A DNA stretch of 32,000 nt, taken from NCBI RefSeq assembly GCF_000175255.2, contig NC_017262.1:690001-722000 (forward strand). Reading direction: 5' to 3'. Both the position numbers and the translations under genes were made by a program. Positions 1-10,952 of this stretch are shown in pieces; position 1 is the stretch's first letter; the number at the start of each line of letters is the position of its first letter. The notes beneath the pieces are model-generated. The model saw only the letters and a program-made list of their open reading frames with translations, was not told where the DNA came from and ran no database searches. The DNA is from Zymomonas mobilis subsp. mobilis ATCC 10988 (GTDB lineage Bacteria; Pseudomonadota; Alphaproteobacteria; Sphingomonadales; Sphingomonadaceae).

Positions 1-18
1 TAATTCCTATGCAAAGCA

Positions 19-55
19 TTTCTATCGAGTAAGCCTTATGCTTACTCGATAGAAA
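19..55. repeat. Perfect 16-bp inverted repeat (tttctatcgagtaagc / gcttactcgatagaaa) with 5-nt spacer
   Basis: Read directly: tttctatcgagtaagc-cttat-gcttactcgatagaaa. There is no T-tract on either side, so it is not a classical intrinsic terminator. Confidence 0.85.
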
Positions 56-273
56 ACGCAGATAGTAATTGCGGTTACTGCTCTCGATTTCCAGCATCAC
101 CTCATTATTCATTATTTCCACATTCAAAAAATAAAAAATAAAAATGATGGAAAGGGATAGCTCTTCAGGCGTTCATAAAAACAACGATCAAAATAACGGG
201 GAATAAAACTCTTTTGAATAAAGAGCCTCGTTTTATTCAAAGCATATCGTTTTGAAGATAAGGAGTATACCGA

Positions 274-699
274 ATGTCTGTTGATGCTAAATACCATGCA
301 ACTGCCATAGCAACCGGTGGCCGTGATGGCCGTTCGCGTACGACGGACGGTTCCTTAGATATCAAAATGACGGTACCAAAAGAGCTGGGCGGTCCAGGCG
401 GTGAAGGTAATAATCCGGAACAACTTTTTGCAGCGGGTTATTCGGCCTGTTTCCTTGGTGCAATGAAGGCGGTCGCGCCAAAACTCAATCTAACGGTGCC
501 GAAGGATGCAACCGTTGAGGCTACGATTGGGATTGGCCCCCGTTCCGAAGGTGGCTTCGGGATCACTGCGGATCTCTCTATTCATCTGCCAGGTTTTTCT
601 AAAGAAGATGCAAAAAAACTGGTGGAAACGGCTCATCAAGTCTGCCCTTATTCCAATGCGACCAGAAATAATGTCAATGTTGGCTTAAAAATCGTCTAA
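274..699 (+). CDS. ohr: Ohr/OsmC family organic hydroperoxide resistance protein
   Basis: 141-aa ORF with Ohr-like motifs GGRDGRSRTTDGSLDIKMTVPKELGG, NNPEQLFAAGYSACFLGA and VCPYSNATRNN (both conserved Cys present). Confidence 0.9.
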   Translation: MSVDAKYHATAIATGGRDGRSRTTDGSLDIKMTVPKELGGPGGEGNNPEQLFAAGYSACFLGAMKAVAPKLNLTVPKDATVEATIGIGPRSEGGFGITADLSIHLPGFSKEDAKKLVETAHQVCPYSNATRNNVNVGLKIV

Positions 700-767
700 C
701 AAGATTGATTTTTCTTCATTTTTTCTAGATTTATCCGGCTTTCGGTGCCTATTCTTCACGATGTGGG

Positions 768-3545
768 GTGGCGCCGAAAGCCTTCTTACGTTACAAGAAG
801 GCAAGCGTTTCCCAGACGCCTATTTATGTCCACTTAATCGGAAGATATGATCCCTTGGCCAGCGTATTGCCGTCCACAGACACCAACGATATTTCACCTG
901 TTTCTATCATTGATGAAATGAAGTCGAGTTATCTCGACTATGCCATGTCTGTCATTGTATCCCGTGCCTTGCCTGATGTGCGTGATGGGCTAAAACCTGT
1001 CCATAGACGCATTTTATTTGCGTCACAGGAAGGTGGTTTTGTTCCAGGGCATCCCTATCGCAAATCGGCAAAAATCGTCGGTGAAGTGATGGGTAATTTC
1101 CATCCCCATGGTGACTCTGCCATCTACATGGCCTTGGCTCGTCTTACACAAGACTGGTCAATGCGGGTGCCTCTGATAGACGGTCAAGGCAATTTCGGTT
1201 CCATGGACCCAGATGGCCCGGCGGCCATGCGTTATACCGAAGCCCGCCTATCTCCGGCAGCGATGATGCTTCTCGCTGATATTGATCGGGACACGGTTGA
1301 TTTTTCGCCTAACTATGACGGCTCCAGACAAGAACCTCAGGTTTTACCAGCCCGTTTTCCCAATCTTCTGGTAAACGGCGCGGGTGGTATTGCTGTTGGT
1401 ATGGCCACCAATATTCCACCTCATAATCTCGGCGAAGTTCTAGCAGCCTGCCGTGCCTATATTGCTGATCCGGCGATTTCTATCGAAGATCTTATTCGCC
1501 TTGTCCCTGGCCCTGACTTCCCGACAGGCGGTGTTATGCTCGGTCAAGGTGGTGCAAGGTCGGCTTACCAAAATGGCCGAGGTTCGATTATCATTCGTTC
1601 TCGATATAATATCGAAGAGAAACATGGTGACCGTCGTTCGATCGTTTTAACTGAGATTCCTTATCAAATCGGTAAAAGCGCCCTTGTTGAAAAAATTGCC
1701 GAGGCAGCGAAAGACAAGCGGGTCGAAGGTATCAGCGATATTCGTGATGAATCCAATCGCGAAGGGGTTCGGGTTGTCATTGACCTGAAGCGCGATGCAA
1801 CGCCTGATGTTGTTCTGAACCAGTTATGGCGTCACACACCTGCACAAAGTAGTTTCCCAGCGAACATGCTGGCGTTGAATGGTGGGCGGCCAGAAACGAT
1901 GTCGTTAAAAGACATTATCGCTGCCTTTGTTCAGTTCCGCGAAGAAGTTATCACCCGTCGTTCCAAATATGATCTTTTCAAAGCACGGGAACGGGCGCAT
2001 CTATTATTAGGCATGGTGATCGCGGTCACTAATTTGGATGAAGTCGTCCGCATTATTCGCAACGCGCCCTCACCCGCCGAAGCGCATAGCGAACTTTCTG
2101 CGCGCAAATGGCCTGTTAATGATGTTCTACCTTACATCAAACTAATCGAAGCCGTTGAAGATTTTGAAGAATCTGGTCTCTATACTCTATCCAAGGCACA
2201 GGTAGACGCTATTCTGGCCTTACGACTTAGCCGCTTGACCGCCATGGGACGGGATCAAATAGGCGAAGAGCTGAAAAAGCTGGCTATCTCTATCAGCGAA
2301 CTTCTGGAAGTCTTACGCAATCGCGAACGCCTCTACGAAATCATGGTAGAAGAATTTGATGCGGTTGAAGCTCAATTCGCGACACCGCGCCGAACTCAGA
2401 TTGTCGCCGCCAGCGATGCTATTGAAGACGAAGACCTGATCGAACGGGAAGAAATGGTCGTAACGGTTACCCATGGCGGCTATATCAAACGGACTCCATT
2501 GGATACTTTCCGCACACAAAATCGTGGAGGTAAAGGCCGTTCGGGTATGGCAACCAAGGACGAAGATGCGGTTACCAATCTCTTTGTGACTTGCACGCAT
2601 ACCCCTGTGCTTTTCTTCTCCAATCATGGGAAGGTTTATCGTCTAAAAGTCTGGCGCTTGCCAGAAGGTGCGCCACAGGCACGCGGTCGCCCAATGGTCA
2701 ATTTGTTGCCTTTAGCCGAAGGTGAAGTGGTCTCAACGGTTTTACCTCTTCCAGAAGATGAAGCGGAATGGGGTAATCTCCATGTTCTCTTTGCGACAGC
2801 CAAGGGCAGTGTGCGTCGGAACTCAATGGATGCTTTTACTAATGTTCCAAGTAATGGGAAATTCGCCATTCGCTTTGAAGAAGGCGACGATGACCGTTTG
2901 ATCGGCGTCACGCTTCTTTCAGAAAATGACGATGTGCTTCTAGCTACCCGTAATGGTAAAGCCATTCGTTTCGCAGCGACCGATGTTCGTGTTTTTCAAA
3001 GCCGCACCTCGACTGGTGTGCGGGGTATCACCTTAAAAGACGGTGATGAGGTTATTTCACTTTCAACGCTGCGTGGGTTTGAAACAACGGTTGAAGACCG
3101 CGATAAATATCTTCGTTCTGCCGCATGGAAAACAGATCCGGCTCCGGCTGAATTGCCACCAGAAAAAATAAAAGCTTTTGAAGAAGCTGAAGACTTTATC
3201 TTAACGGTTACAGCTAATGGATATGGGAAACGGACGTCTTCCCACGAATATCGGCGTAGTAATCGGGGCGGTCAGGGTATTACCAACATCGAAACATCAG
3301 AACGGAACGGTTCCGTTGTTGCCAGCTTCCCTGCCCATGATGGCGATCAATTGATGCTGGTGACTGATCAGGCAAAACTGATACGAACAACCGTTAATGA
3401 TATCCGAATTGCAGGCCGCAATACGCAGGGTGTCACTATCTTTAATGTTGCCGAAGGTGAACAAGTGGTGTCAGCTGCTCGTATCACTGACGATGGTGAC
3501 GATGAAGAAGAAGGCACAGTAGAAAATCAAAGCGGAGAAGCCTAG
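768..3545 (+). CDS. gyrA: DNA gyrase subunit A (true start may be downstream of the ORF start)
   Basis: 925-aa ORF: SSYLDYAMSVIVSRALPDVRDGLKPVHRRIL, HPHGDSAIYM, catalytic-Tyr context AAMRYTEARLS, and C-terminal GyrA-box-like QNRGGKGRSG. The first ~45 aa do not look conserved. Confidence 0.95.
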   Translation: MAPKAFLRYKKASVSQTPIYVHLIGRYDPLASVLPSTDTNDISPVSIIDEMKSSYLDYAMSVIVSRALPDVRDGLKPVHRRILFASQEGGFVPGHPYRKSAKIVGEVMGNFHPHGDSAIYMALARLTQDWSMRVPLIDGQGNFGSMDPDGPAAMRYTEARLSPAAMMLLADIDRDTVDFSPNYDGSRQEPQVLPARFPNLLVNGAGGIAVGMATNIPPHNLGEVLAACRAYIADPAISIEDLIRLVPGPDFPTGGVMLGQGGARSAYQNGRGSIIIRSRYNIEEKHGDRRSIVLTEIPYQIGKSALVEKIAEAAKDKRVEGISDIRDESNREGVRVVIDLKRDATPDVVLNQLWRHTPAQSSFPANMLALNGGRPETMSLKDIIAAFVQFREEVITRRSKYDLFKARERAHLLLGMVIAVTNLDEVVRIIRNAPSPAEAHSELSARKWPVNDVLPYIKLIEAVEDFEESGLYTLSKAQVDAILALRLSRLTAMGRDQIGEELKKLAISISELLEVLRNRERLYEIMVEEFDAVEAQFATPRRTQIVAASDAIEDEDLIEREEMVVTVTHGGYIKRTPLDTFRTQNRGGKGRSGMATKDEDAVTNLFVTCTHTPVLFFSNHGKVYRLKVWRLPEGAPQARGRPMVNLLPLAEGEVVSTVLPLPEDEAEWGNLHVLFATAKGSVRRNSMDAFTNVPSNGKFAIRFEEGDDDRLIGVTLLSENDDVLLATRNGKAIRFAATDVRVFQSRTSTGVRGITLKDGDEVISLSTLRGFETTVEDRDKYLRSAAWKTDPAPAELPPEKIKAFEEAEDFILTVTANGYGKRTSSHEYRRSNRGGQGITNIETSERNGSVVASFPAHDGDQLMLVTDQAKLIRTTVNDIRIAGRNTQGVTIFNVAEGEQVVSAARITDDGDDEEEGTVENQSGEA

Positions 3546-3587
3546 GCGGCCAAGCCGCCGCTTCTTCTCATTAATTGTAAGTGAATT

Positions 3588-4934
3588 TTGATAATGCAGC
3601 CTGTCAATATTATCGGTGGAGGCCTTGCCGGTTCAGAAGCCGCATGGCAACTTGCTAGCCGACAAATTCCGGTCAGACTTTTTGAAATGCGTGGGCGTGA
3701 AAAAACGCCTGCGCATAGCACAGATAAGTTAGCTGAATTGGTTTGCTCCAATAGCTTCCGGTCAGATGATCCCAACAGCAATGCCGTCGGCGTGTTACAT
3801 GCTGAAATGCGGAAAATGGGCTCTCTGATTATGATGATAGCTGATCAGCACCGTGTTCCTGCCGGATCAGCGCTGGCTGTTGATCGTGAAGGTTTCGCAG
3901 AAGCCGTAACCAATAGATTACAAAATCATCCTTTAATCGAGATTCACCGCGAGCGGATTGACCATATCCCCGATGAAACTACGATTATTGCATCGGGACC
4001 TTTGACTTCTGACAGTTTAGCCAATGCTATCACGGAATTAACCGGTCGGGATGCGCTTTCCTTTTTTGATGCTATTGCACCGATTGTCTATCGAGACAGC
4101 ATTGATATGGATATCGCCTGGTTCCAATCCCGCTGGGACAAAGGCGATGGTCATGATTATATCAACTGCCCTTTGAACAAAGAGGAATATCTCGCTTTTC
4201 ACGCGGCCTTATTGGCAGGGGAAAAGGGTGATTTTCATGAGTGGGAAAAAGATACCCCTTATTTCGAAGGATGCATGCCTATCGAAGTCATGGCCGATCG
4301 CGGCATTGATACCCTCCGTTTTGGGCCCATGAAACCTGTAGGACTGGATGATCCTCGAACAGGACGATGGCCTTATGGCGCGGTGCAATTAAGGCAGGAT
4401 AATGCTCTTGGCACCCTTTGGAATATGGTCGGCTTTCAAACCAAGTTAAAATATGCCGAACAAATTCGTGTTTTCAGAATGATACCAGGACTAGAAAAAG
4501 CTGAATTTGCTCGGTTAGGGGGAATGCATCGGAACAGCTTTATTCGTTCCCCTGTCCTACTGGATGAATATTTACGTCTGAAAAAACAGACTAACATCCG
4601 TTTTGCTGGTCAGATTACCGGTTGTGAAGGTTATATTGAATCGGCTTCAATCGGATTGTTAGCAGGTATTTTTACTGCCGCAGATAAACTCGATAGGAAG
4701 GTTTCTTCTCCTCCAGTCGAATCAGCTTTAGGTGCATTATTGGGACATATCACTAAAAACGCTGATCCTGACCACTACCAGCCTATGAATATCAATTTTG
4801 GGTTATTTCCACCTATTTCGGAAAAACATCCCAAAAAACAGCGAAAAGCTATGATGGCGGAAAGAGCTAGAAAAGCCCTTGATCAATGGATCTCCGAAGA
4901 GGCTTTTCTGAAAAGCTCTATTTTAGAGCAGTAA
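3588..4934 (+). CDS. trmFO: FAD/folate-dependent tRNA (uracil-5-)-methyltransferase TrmFO
   Basis: 448-aa ORF with N-terminal [41 protein letters not shown] and [13 protein letters not shown], typical of TrmFO/Gid. Confidence 0.95.
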   Translation: MIMQPVNIIGGGLAGSEAAWQLASRQIPVRLFEMRGREKTPAHSTDKLAELVCSNSFRSDDPNSNAVGVLHAEMRKMGSLIMMIADQHRVPAGSALAVDREGFAEAVTNRLQNHPLIEIHRERIDHIPDETTIIASGPLTSDSLANAITELTGRDALSFFDAIAPIVYRDSIDMDIAWFQSRWDKGDGHDYINCPLNKEEYLAFHAALLAGEKGDFHEWEKDTPYFEGCMPIEVMADRGIDTLRFGPMKPVGLDDPRTGRWPYGAVQLRQDNALGTLWNMVGFQTKLKYAEQIRVFRMIPGLEKAEFARLGGMHRNSFIRSPVLLDEYLRLKKQTNIRFAGQITGCEGYIESASIGLLAGIFTAADKLDRKVSSPPVESALGALLGHITKNADPDHYQPMNINFGLFPPISEKHPKKQRKAMMAERARKALDQWISEEAFLKSSILEQ

Positions 4935-4970
4935 ACTTTATTATATTGCTCATCTTTGTTAAAAATTATG

Positions 4971-5016
4971 TATCGATAAAAGATAAATATCATTTATCTT
5001 TTATCGATATTTTTTG
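4971..5016 (+). terminator. Intrinsic terminator downstream of trmFO
   Basis: Perfect 17-bp stem tatcgataaaagataaa / tttatcttttatcgata with 5-nt loop, followed by a T tract. Confidence 0.85.
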
Positions 5017-5450
5017 ATTTTGTCTTTGCGTCCAGAAAAGACAGCATTTATTCTCAATAAAGAAATATTATTTTTTGTTTTTGAAAAATTTTTCCAAAAT
5101 CTAGAATGCTACATTAAATATACAAAAATATTATTATACAAATAAGGCTTTTAAATACCCATATTTTTTAGAATTTCTTTACAAAGAAACATGTTAAATA
5201 TAGATTTAGAGATTAATATCAGCCATTTTTATCAAAAATTCTTTTTTTGTTTTATAATATTATGCTGCAAAACTAATAAAAACGCCCTTTCGAAATTAAC
5301 GATCACCCACAAGAAATAATTATCTGACAGCGCTTACCAATCAATTATTGCCGAACGCAGAGTCCCGTATTAGGACGGTCAACAATCTAAACCGTTTTTC
5401 AGAAAATATTGCTTTATAAGCCTCAAAACTTAAAAGCTGCGGTATTTTAA

Positions 5451-6863
<1,413 letters not shown>

Positions 6864-6922
6864 TTCTGACTTAACCTATTTGGGTTAAACAGACTTATTT
6901 TTCCTGTTTTAGGAAAATAGTT

Positions 6923-6960
6923 AAAAAGGCGTTATTGGTTCTTCCAATGACGCCTTTTTT
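6923..6960 (+). terminator. Intrinsic terminator downstream of gfo
   Basis: Stem aaaaaggcgttattgg / ccaatgacgccttttt (one G-T pair), loop ttct, T tract. Confidence 0.85.
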
Positions 6961-7072
6961 TATAAACAAAAAAATCCTTTTGTCGGTTTTATAAAAATAC
7001 TTCATATTTTGATAAGCCGCCTTAAAAATATAATAAATTTTTATAATATTTATCCGATCAAAGGACCCCTTT

Positions 7073-8020
7073 ATGCTAGAAGTCATTATATCGGCATTAC
7101 TACCGATTATAATTACTTTAATGATAGGTTTTTTCGCTGGCTGGCGTGGTGAATTTACGGCAAATCAAGCCTCGACCTTGAATAAAATGGTCTTACGCTA
7201 TGCCTTACCTATGACTTTATTCTCTGGGATTTTATCACTTCCCAAAACACAGATTTTATCGTCGGGTTCTGCCGCAATTATTTTACTTTTAGCCATGGCT
7301 GGCGGCTATCTAATTACACTTGGGATAGGATATTTTGTCTGCCAGCGCCCAGTGAATGAATCTGCTCTTTTAGCTCTTTCTGTTAGCGCACCTGCAGTTC
7401 CTTTTGTTGGCATAACAGTTCTAGGGCATTTATTTGGCACTGCCAGCACGATATTGGTTTCAATATGTAGCCTGATGATGAACCTCGTGCAGGTTCCCGT
7501 TACCATTTTTCTTTTGTCAGCGTATTCCCCAAAAAAGAATACTGACAAAATAGCCACGGATAGTTCTTTTTTTTCTCATATCAGACATGCTTTTACCGAA
7601 CCTATTGTTATTGCCCCTATTCTAGCTCTTATCTGTGTCAGTCTCTCTATTCCTTTCCCTGAAACCTTAAAATCTTCTTTAATGCTACTAGGAAAAGCGA
7701 CCGGAGGCGTTGCGCTTTTCTCTTCTGGTATAATTTTATTTTCTCGAAAAGTTATTTTAAGTAAAACAGTAGCATCTTTAGTTTTATCAAAAAATATTAT
7801 TATTCCAACAGCGGTATGGGTTCTTGCGTCTATAAATAAAACCCCTCCCCTTATCATTGAACAGACAACAATCACTATGGCTATTCCCAGCGCAGCCATC
7901 ACAACCATGCTAGCCATCCGATATCAATTGATGGAACAGGATATGGCTTCGACTTTATTTTTTAGCACAATTTTATCTATTATCTCTATGGGAGGATTTA
8001 TTCTTCTAACCGCCATTTAA
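7073..8020 (+). CDS. AEC (auxin efflux carrier) family membrane permease
   Basis: 315-aa highly hydrophobic ORF with about 10 TM segments: LNKMVLRYALPMTLFSGIL, ALSVSAPAVPFVGITVLG, IEQTTITMAIPSAAITTMLAIRY. Confidence 0.8.
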   Translation: MLEVIISALLPIIITLMIGFFAGWRGEFTANQASTLNKMVLRYALPMTLFSGILSLPKTQILSSGSAAIILLLAMAGGYLITLGIGYFVCQRPVNESALLALSVSAPAVPFVGITVLGHLFGTASTILVSICSLMMNLVQVPVTIFLLSAYSPKKNTDKIATDSSFFSHIRHAFTEPIVIAPILALICVSLSIPFPETLKSSLMLLGKATGGVALFSSGIILFSRKVILSKTVASLVLSKNIIIPTAVWVLASINKTPPLIIEQTTITMAIPSAAITTMLAIRYQLMEQDMASTLFFSTILSIISMGGFILLTAI

Positions 8021-8083
8021 ATTATGTAAGGAGAGCCGGCTTTCTAGAATCGGAAATGCTACGTCAAAAAGGTTTTCTCTTTT

Positions 8084-9745
8084 ATGTCTGATACAAAGTC
8101 TACGGTGGCGAAGCTGTTAGTTAAATGCCTTGAAGCCGAAGGCGTCGAATATGTTTTTGGTATCCCGGGTGAAGAAAATATCCGTCTTATTGATGCCATG
8201 GCGGATTCTTCTATCCGTTTCATCCTGGTTCGCCATGAACAAGGTGCATCCTTTATGGCGGATATGTATGGTCGCCTAACTGGCAAGGCCGGTGTTTGCA
8301 CCGCAACCTTGGGGCCCGGTGCCATCAATCTTTTACTGGGCGTTGCCGATGCTCAAACCGATAGCACCCCTATGGTTGCCATCAGTGCGCAAGTCGGTCT
8401 TAACCGTATTTATAAAGAGTCTCATCAATATATTGACCTTCAGGGCATGTTTGCCCCTGTTACTAAATGGTCAGACACGATCCTGACGCCAGCATCCGTG
8501 CCAGAAATGATGCGGAAAGCCTTTGACCTTGCCCAAAGAGAGCGCCCTGGTGCGGTTTATCTAGCAGTACCACAGGATTTAGAAGAATCTGATGTCTCTG
8601 CGGATTTAAAGCCAATCACCGTCCATCCGGTTCACACAACAGCACCAGATCCTGATCAGGTAGCTGCCACGATTGATTTGATTAAGAAGGCAAAGCAGCC
8701 AATCATTCTGGCGGGTCACGGCGTTGCTCGTAGCCATGCATCAAAACAGCTCATTGAATTGTCTGAACTTTTAAACGTTCCGGTTGCAACTACCTTTATG
8801 GCAAAAGGTGTCATTCCTGATCGCCACCCCAATGCTCTGGGTGTTGCTGGCTTTATGCGCCGCGACTATGAAAATTTTGCGTTTGATGCAGCTGATGTCA
8901 TTTTGTCAGTTGGATATGAATTGCAGGAATTTGCACCTTCAAAAATCAATCCTAATCACGACAAAAAGATTGTCCATATCCATCATTTTGCTGAAGATAT
9001 CGATGCAGCTTATCCGGTAGCCATTGCTATTGAAGCGGATATCGACAAATCTTTGGATGCGTTGATTGATGGATTGAAGAAAACAACTTTCCCGAAATTC
9101 GACAATCATGCCAAAATTAAACAGATCAAAAAAGAAGAATTAGACGGGAATGCGGATGATCAGAGCTTCCCGCTGAAACCACAGCGGATTATCTCTGATA
9201 TCAGAAAAGCTATGGGCGATGATGATATCGTTCTGGCTGATACAGGCGCTATCAAAATGTGGATGGCTCGCCTCTATCCGACCCAAAAGCCTTCGACTTG
9301 TTTAATTTCAAATGGTCTCTCTACGATGGCCTTTGCGCTACCAGGTGCTTTGGCTGCTAAACTTGCCTGCCCTGACCGGAAAGTTCTCGCTGTAATGGGC
9401 GACGGCTCATTCCTGATGAATTCACAGGAAATTGAAACAGCTATCCGCGAAAATATTCCGCTGGTTGTGCTGATCTGGGTCGATGACGCTTATGGCCTTA
9501 TTAAATGGAAAATGGATCTGGAAATAAAGCATCACCGCGATGTGGACTTTACCAATCCTGATTTTGTTCAATATGCAGAAAGTTTCGGGGCTAAAGGCTA
9601 CGAAATCAAAAGTGCCGATATGTTGTTACCTGTCATTGAAAAAGCATTAGCCGATGATGGTGTGTCTATCATCGCTTGCCCAGTAGACTACGCAGAAAAC
9701 AACAAATTGACCGATAAATTAGGTGATCTGACGATCACAATCTAA
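8084..9745 (+). CDS. Acetolactate synthase, catabolic-type ThDP-dependent enzyme
   Basis: 553-aa ORF: EYVFGIPGEENIRLIDAM, RHEQGASFMADMYGRLTGKAGVCTATLGPGAINL, ThDP motif VMGDGSFLMNSQEIETAIRENIPLVVLIWVDDAYGLIKWK. Confidence 0.88.
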   Translation: MSDTKSTVAKLLVKCLEAEGVEYVFGIPGEENIRLIDAMADSSIRFILVRHEQGASFMADMYGRLTGKAGVCTATLGPGAINLLLGVADAQTDSTPMVAISAQVGLNRIYKESHQYIDLQGMFAPVTKWSDTILTPASVPEMMRKAFDLAQRERPGAVYLAVPQDLEESDVSADLKPITVHPVHTTAPDPDQVAATIDLIKKAKQPIILAGHGVARSHASKQLIELSELLNVPVATTFMAKGVIPDRHPNALGVAGFMRRDYENFAFDAADVILSVGYELQEFAPSKINPNHDKKIVHIHHFAEDIDAAYPVAIAIEADIDKSLDALIDGLKKTTFPKFDNHAKIKQIKKEELDGNADDQSFPLKPQRIISDIRKAMGDDDIVLADTGAIKMWMARLYPTQKPSTCLISNGLSTMAFALPGALAAKLACPDRKVLAVMGDGSFLMNSQEIETAIRENIPLVVLIWVDDAYGLIKWKMDLEIKHHRDVDFTNPDFVQYAESFGAKGYEIKSADMLLPVIEKALADDGVSIIACPVDYAENNKLTDKLGDLTITI

Positions 9746-9756
9746 TATATTCTTAT

Positions 9757-9786
9757 AAAGCGTGGGGTATTATTACCCTGCGCTTT
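9757..9786 (+). terminator. Possible hairpin terminator downstream of the acetolactate synthase gene
   Basis: Imperfect stem aaagcgtggggta / accctgcgcttt; weak T tail. Confidence 0.4.
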
Positions 9787-9831
9787 CATAAAAAGCTTTA
9801 AAATAATAAATCTCTAAATAAAATAAAGAAA

Positions 9832-10254
9832 TTATTTTATATCTTCATGATTTCGGCTTCTGTCTATAGAGGCAAGGTCTTCTTTGTTTAAAAATCCATC
9901 ATGATCTTGATCTGCCTGATCAAAATGTCTGACCGCAGAAGCGGCATACTCATCGAAACTCAGCATGTTATCATGGTTTTTATCTAGCCGTTCAAATGCT
10001 CTTTTGCGTCCAGCTAAATATTCATCGCGGCTTATTTTCTGATCATGATCTAAATCTAGATGTTCAAAATGCCGACTAAACTTATTATTTATATAAGTAT
10101 TTTTTGCATTTTCGGCATATATTCGTACAGGAGATGTCGATTTAATTGACTTTGAAATAATATCAGATGCTCGCCCCGAGCGGCATAATAAAAATACGCC
10201 AGAAGCAATAAGAATAGCGACTCCACCTAGAATAAATGGCAATTTATCTTTCAT
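9832..10254 (-). CDS. Membrane-anchored EF-hand domain protein
   Basis: 140-aa ORF with N-terminal TM segment (LPFILGGVAILIASGVFLLC) and three EF-hand-like loops: DLDHDQKISRDEY, DKNHDNMLSFDEY, DQDHDGFLNKEDL. Confidence 0.75.
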   Translation of the reverse strand: MKDKLPFILGGVAILIASGVFLLCRSGRASDIISKSIKSTSPVRIYAENAKNTYINNKFSRHFEHLDLDHDQKISRDEYLAGRKRAFERLDKNHDNMLSFDEYAASAVRHFDQADQDHDGFLNKEDLASIDRSRNHEDIK

Positions 10255-10412
10255 AATCTAAAAATCTTGTCTTTAAGAAGAGAAATCGAATATTAAGATT
10301 TGTCTTTAAAAATTTTATTACTTTTTATATCAGAAAAAATGAATTTCTTCAGCATAAAAATGATGAATAATTCATAAATGCCATGAATATTTCAAATATA
10401 AAATACTGCCTA

Positions 10413-10429
10413 GGTTCTGTTGACAAAGG
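10413..10429 (+). repeat. Left terminal inverted repeat of the IS element
   Basis: GGTTCTGTTGACAAAGG, matches the inverted right end 16/17. Confidence 0.92.
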
Positions 10430-10485
10430 ATATAATTTAAAATTTTTAGAGATAAATTGAGAACAAGTTTTGTAGGGTAGACAGG

Positions 10486-10902
10486 ATGCGAGGAGATCTG
10501 ACGGACGCGGAGTGGGAGATAATAGAGGGTCTTCTTCCAAGCGAACGAGGCCGTTGCGCGCGTCCCGCCAAAAGTAATCGGTTATTTCTCAATGGTATGC
10601 TTTATGTGCTTCGAACAGGCTGCCCGTGGCGAGACATGCATGAACGTTATGGGAAATGGAATTCGGTCTATGTTCGGTTTCGTAGGTGGGCGGAACAGGG
10701 TGTGTGGGACGCTCTTCTTGAAACCCTGGTTGACCTTGGCCTGACAGATGACTGGCAACATATGATAGATAGTACGATTATTCGCGCCCACAGCCAAGCA
10801 GCTGGCGCAAAAGGGGGACGTATAAGGAAGGCTTTGGTCGCAGCCGCGGAGGCTTTACGAGCAAGATCCACGCCCGTTCCGATGGTCAAGGCCGCCCTCT
10901 AG
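10486..10902 (+). CDS. IS5-family transposase, ORFA (N-terminal part; likely joined to ORFB by -1 frameshift)
   Basis: MRGDLTDAEWEIIEGLLPSERGRCARPAK... FLNGMLYVLRTGCPWRDMHERYGKWNSVYVRFRRWAEQGVW... DSTIIRAHSQAAGAKGG is the DUF4096/DDE_Tnp_1-type transposase N-terminus. Confidence 0.93.
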   Translation: MRGDLTDAEWEIIEGLLPSERGRCARPAKSNRLFLNGMLYVLRTGCPWRDMHERYGKWNSVYVRFRRWAEQGVWDALLETLVDLGLTDDWQHMIDSTIIRAHSQAAGAKGGRIRKALVAAAEALRARSTPVPMVKAAL

Positions 10903-10952
10903 CTTTCGCACTAACCGGTGGTGAGGTTTCTGATTATTCTGGCGCTGATAGC

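Noticed and set aside
768-900. N-terminal ~45 aa of the GyrA ORF considered as a novel extension
   Set aside because: Composition looks non-conserved and an internal start is plausible, so it is probably a start-site annotation issue.
3547-3570. ggcggccaagccgcc hairpin just after gyrA as a terminator
   Set aside because: Short 6-bp stem with an interrupted pyrimidine tail; too weak to call, and trmFO follows closely.
7306-7557. 83-aa and 113-aa minus-strand ORFs inside the AEC permease
   Set aside because: Shadow ORFs; the plus-strand hydrophobic permease explains the sequence.
10255-10412. Possible C-terminal remnant of cas6f left of the IS
   Set aside because: All three minus-strand frames stop quickly and none resembles the Cas6f C-terminus.
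10349-10540. 63-aa minus-strand ORF spanning the IS left end
   Set aside because: Crosses the IS boundary and is antisense to the transposase start; no recognisable homology.
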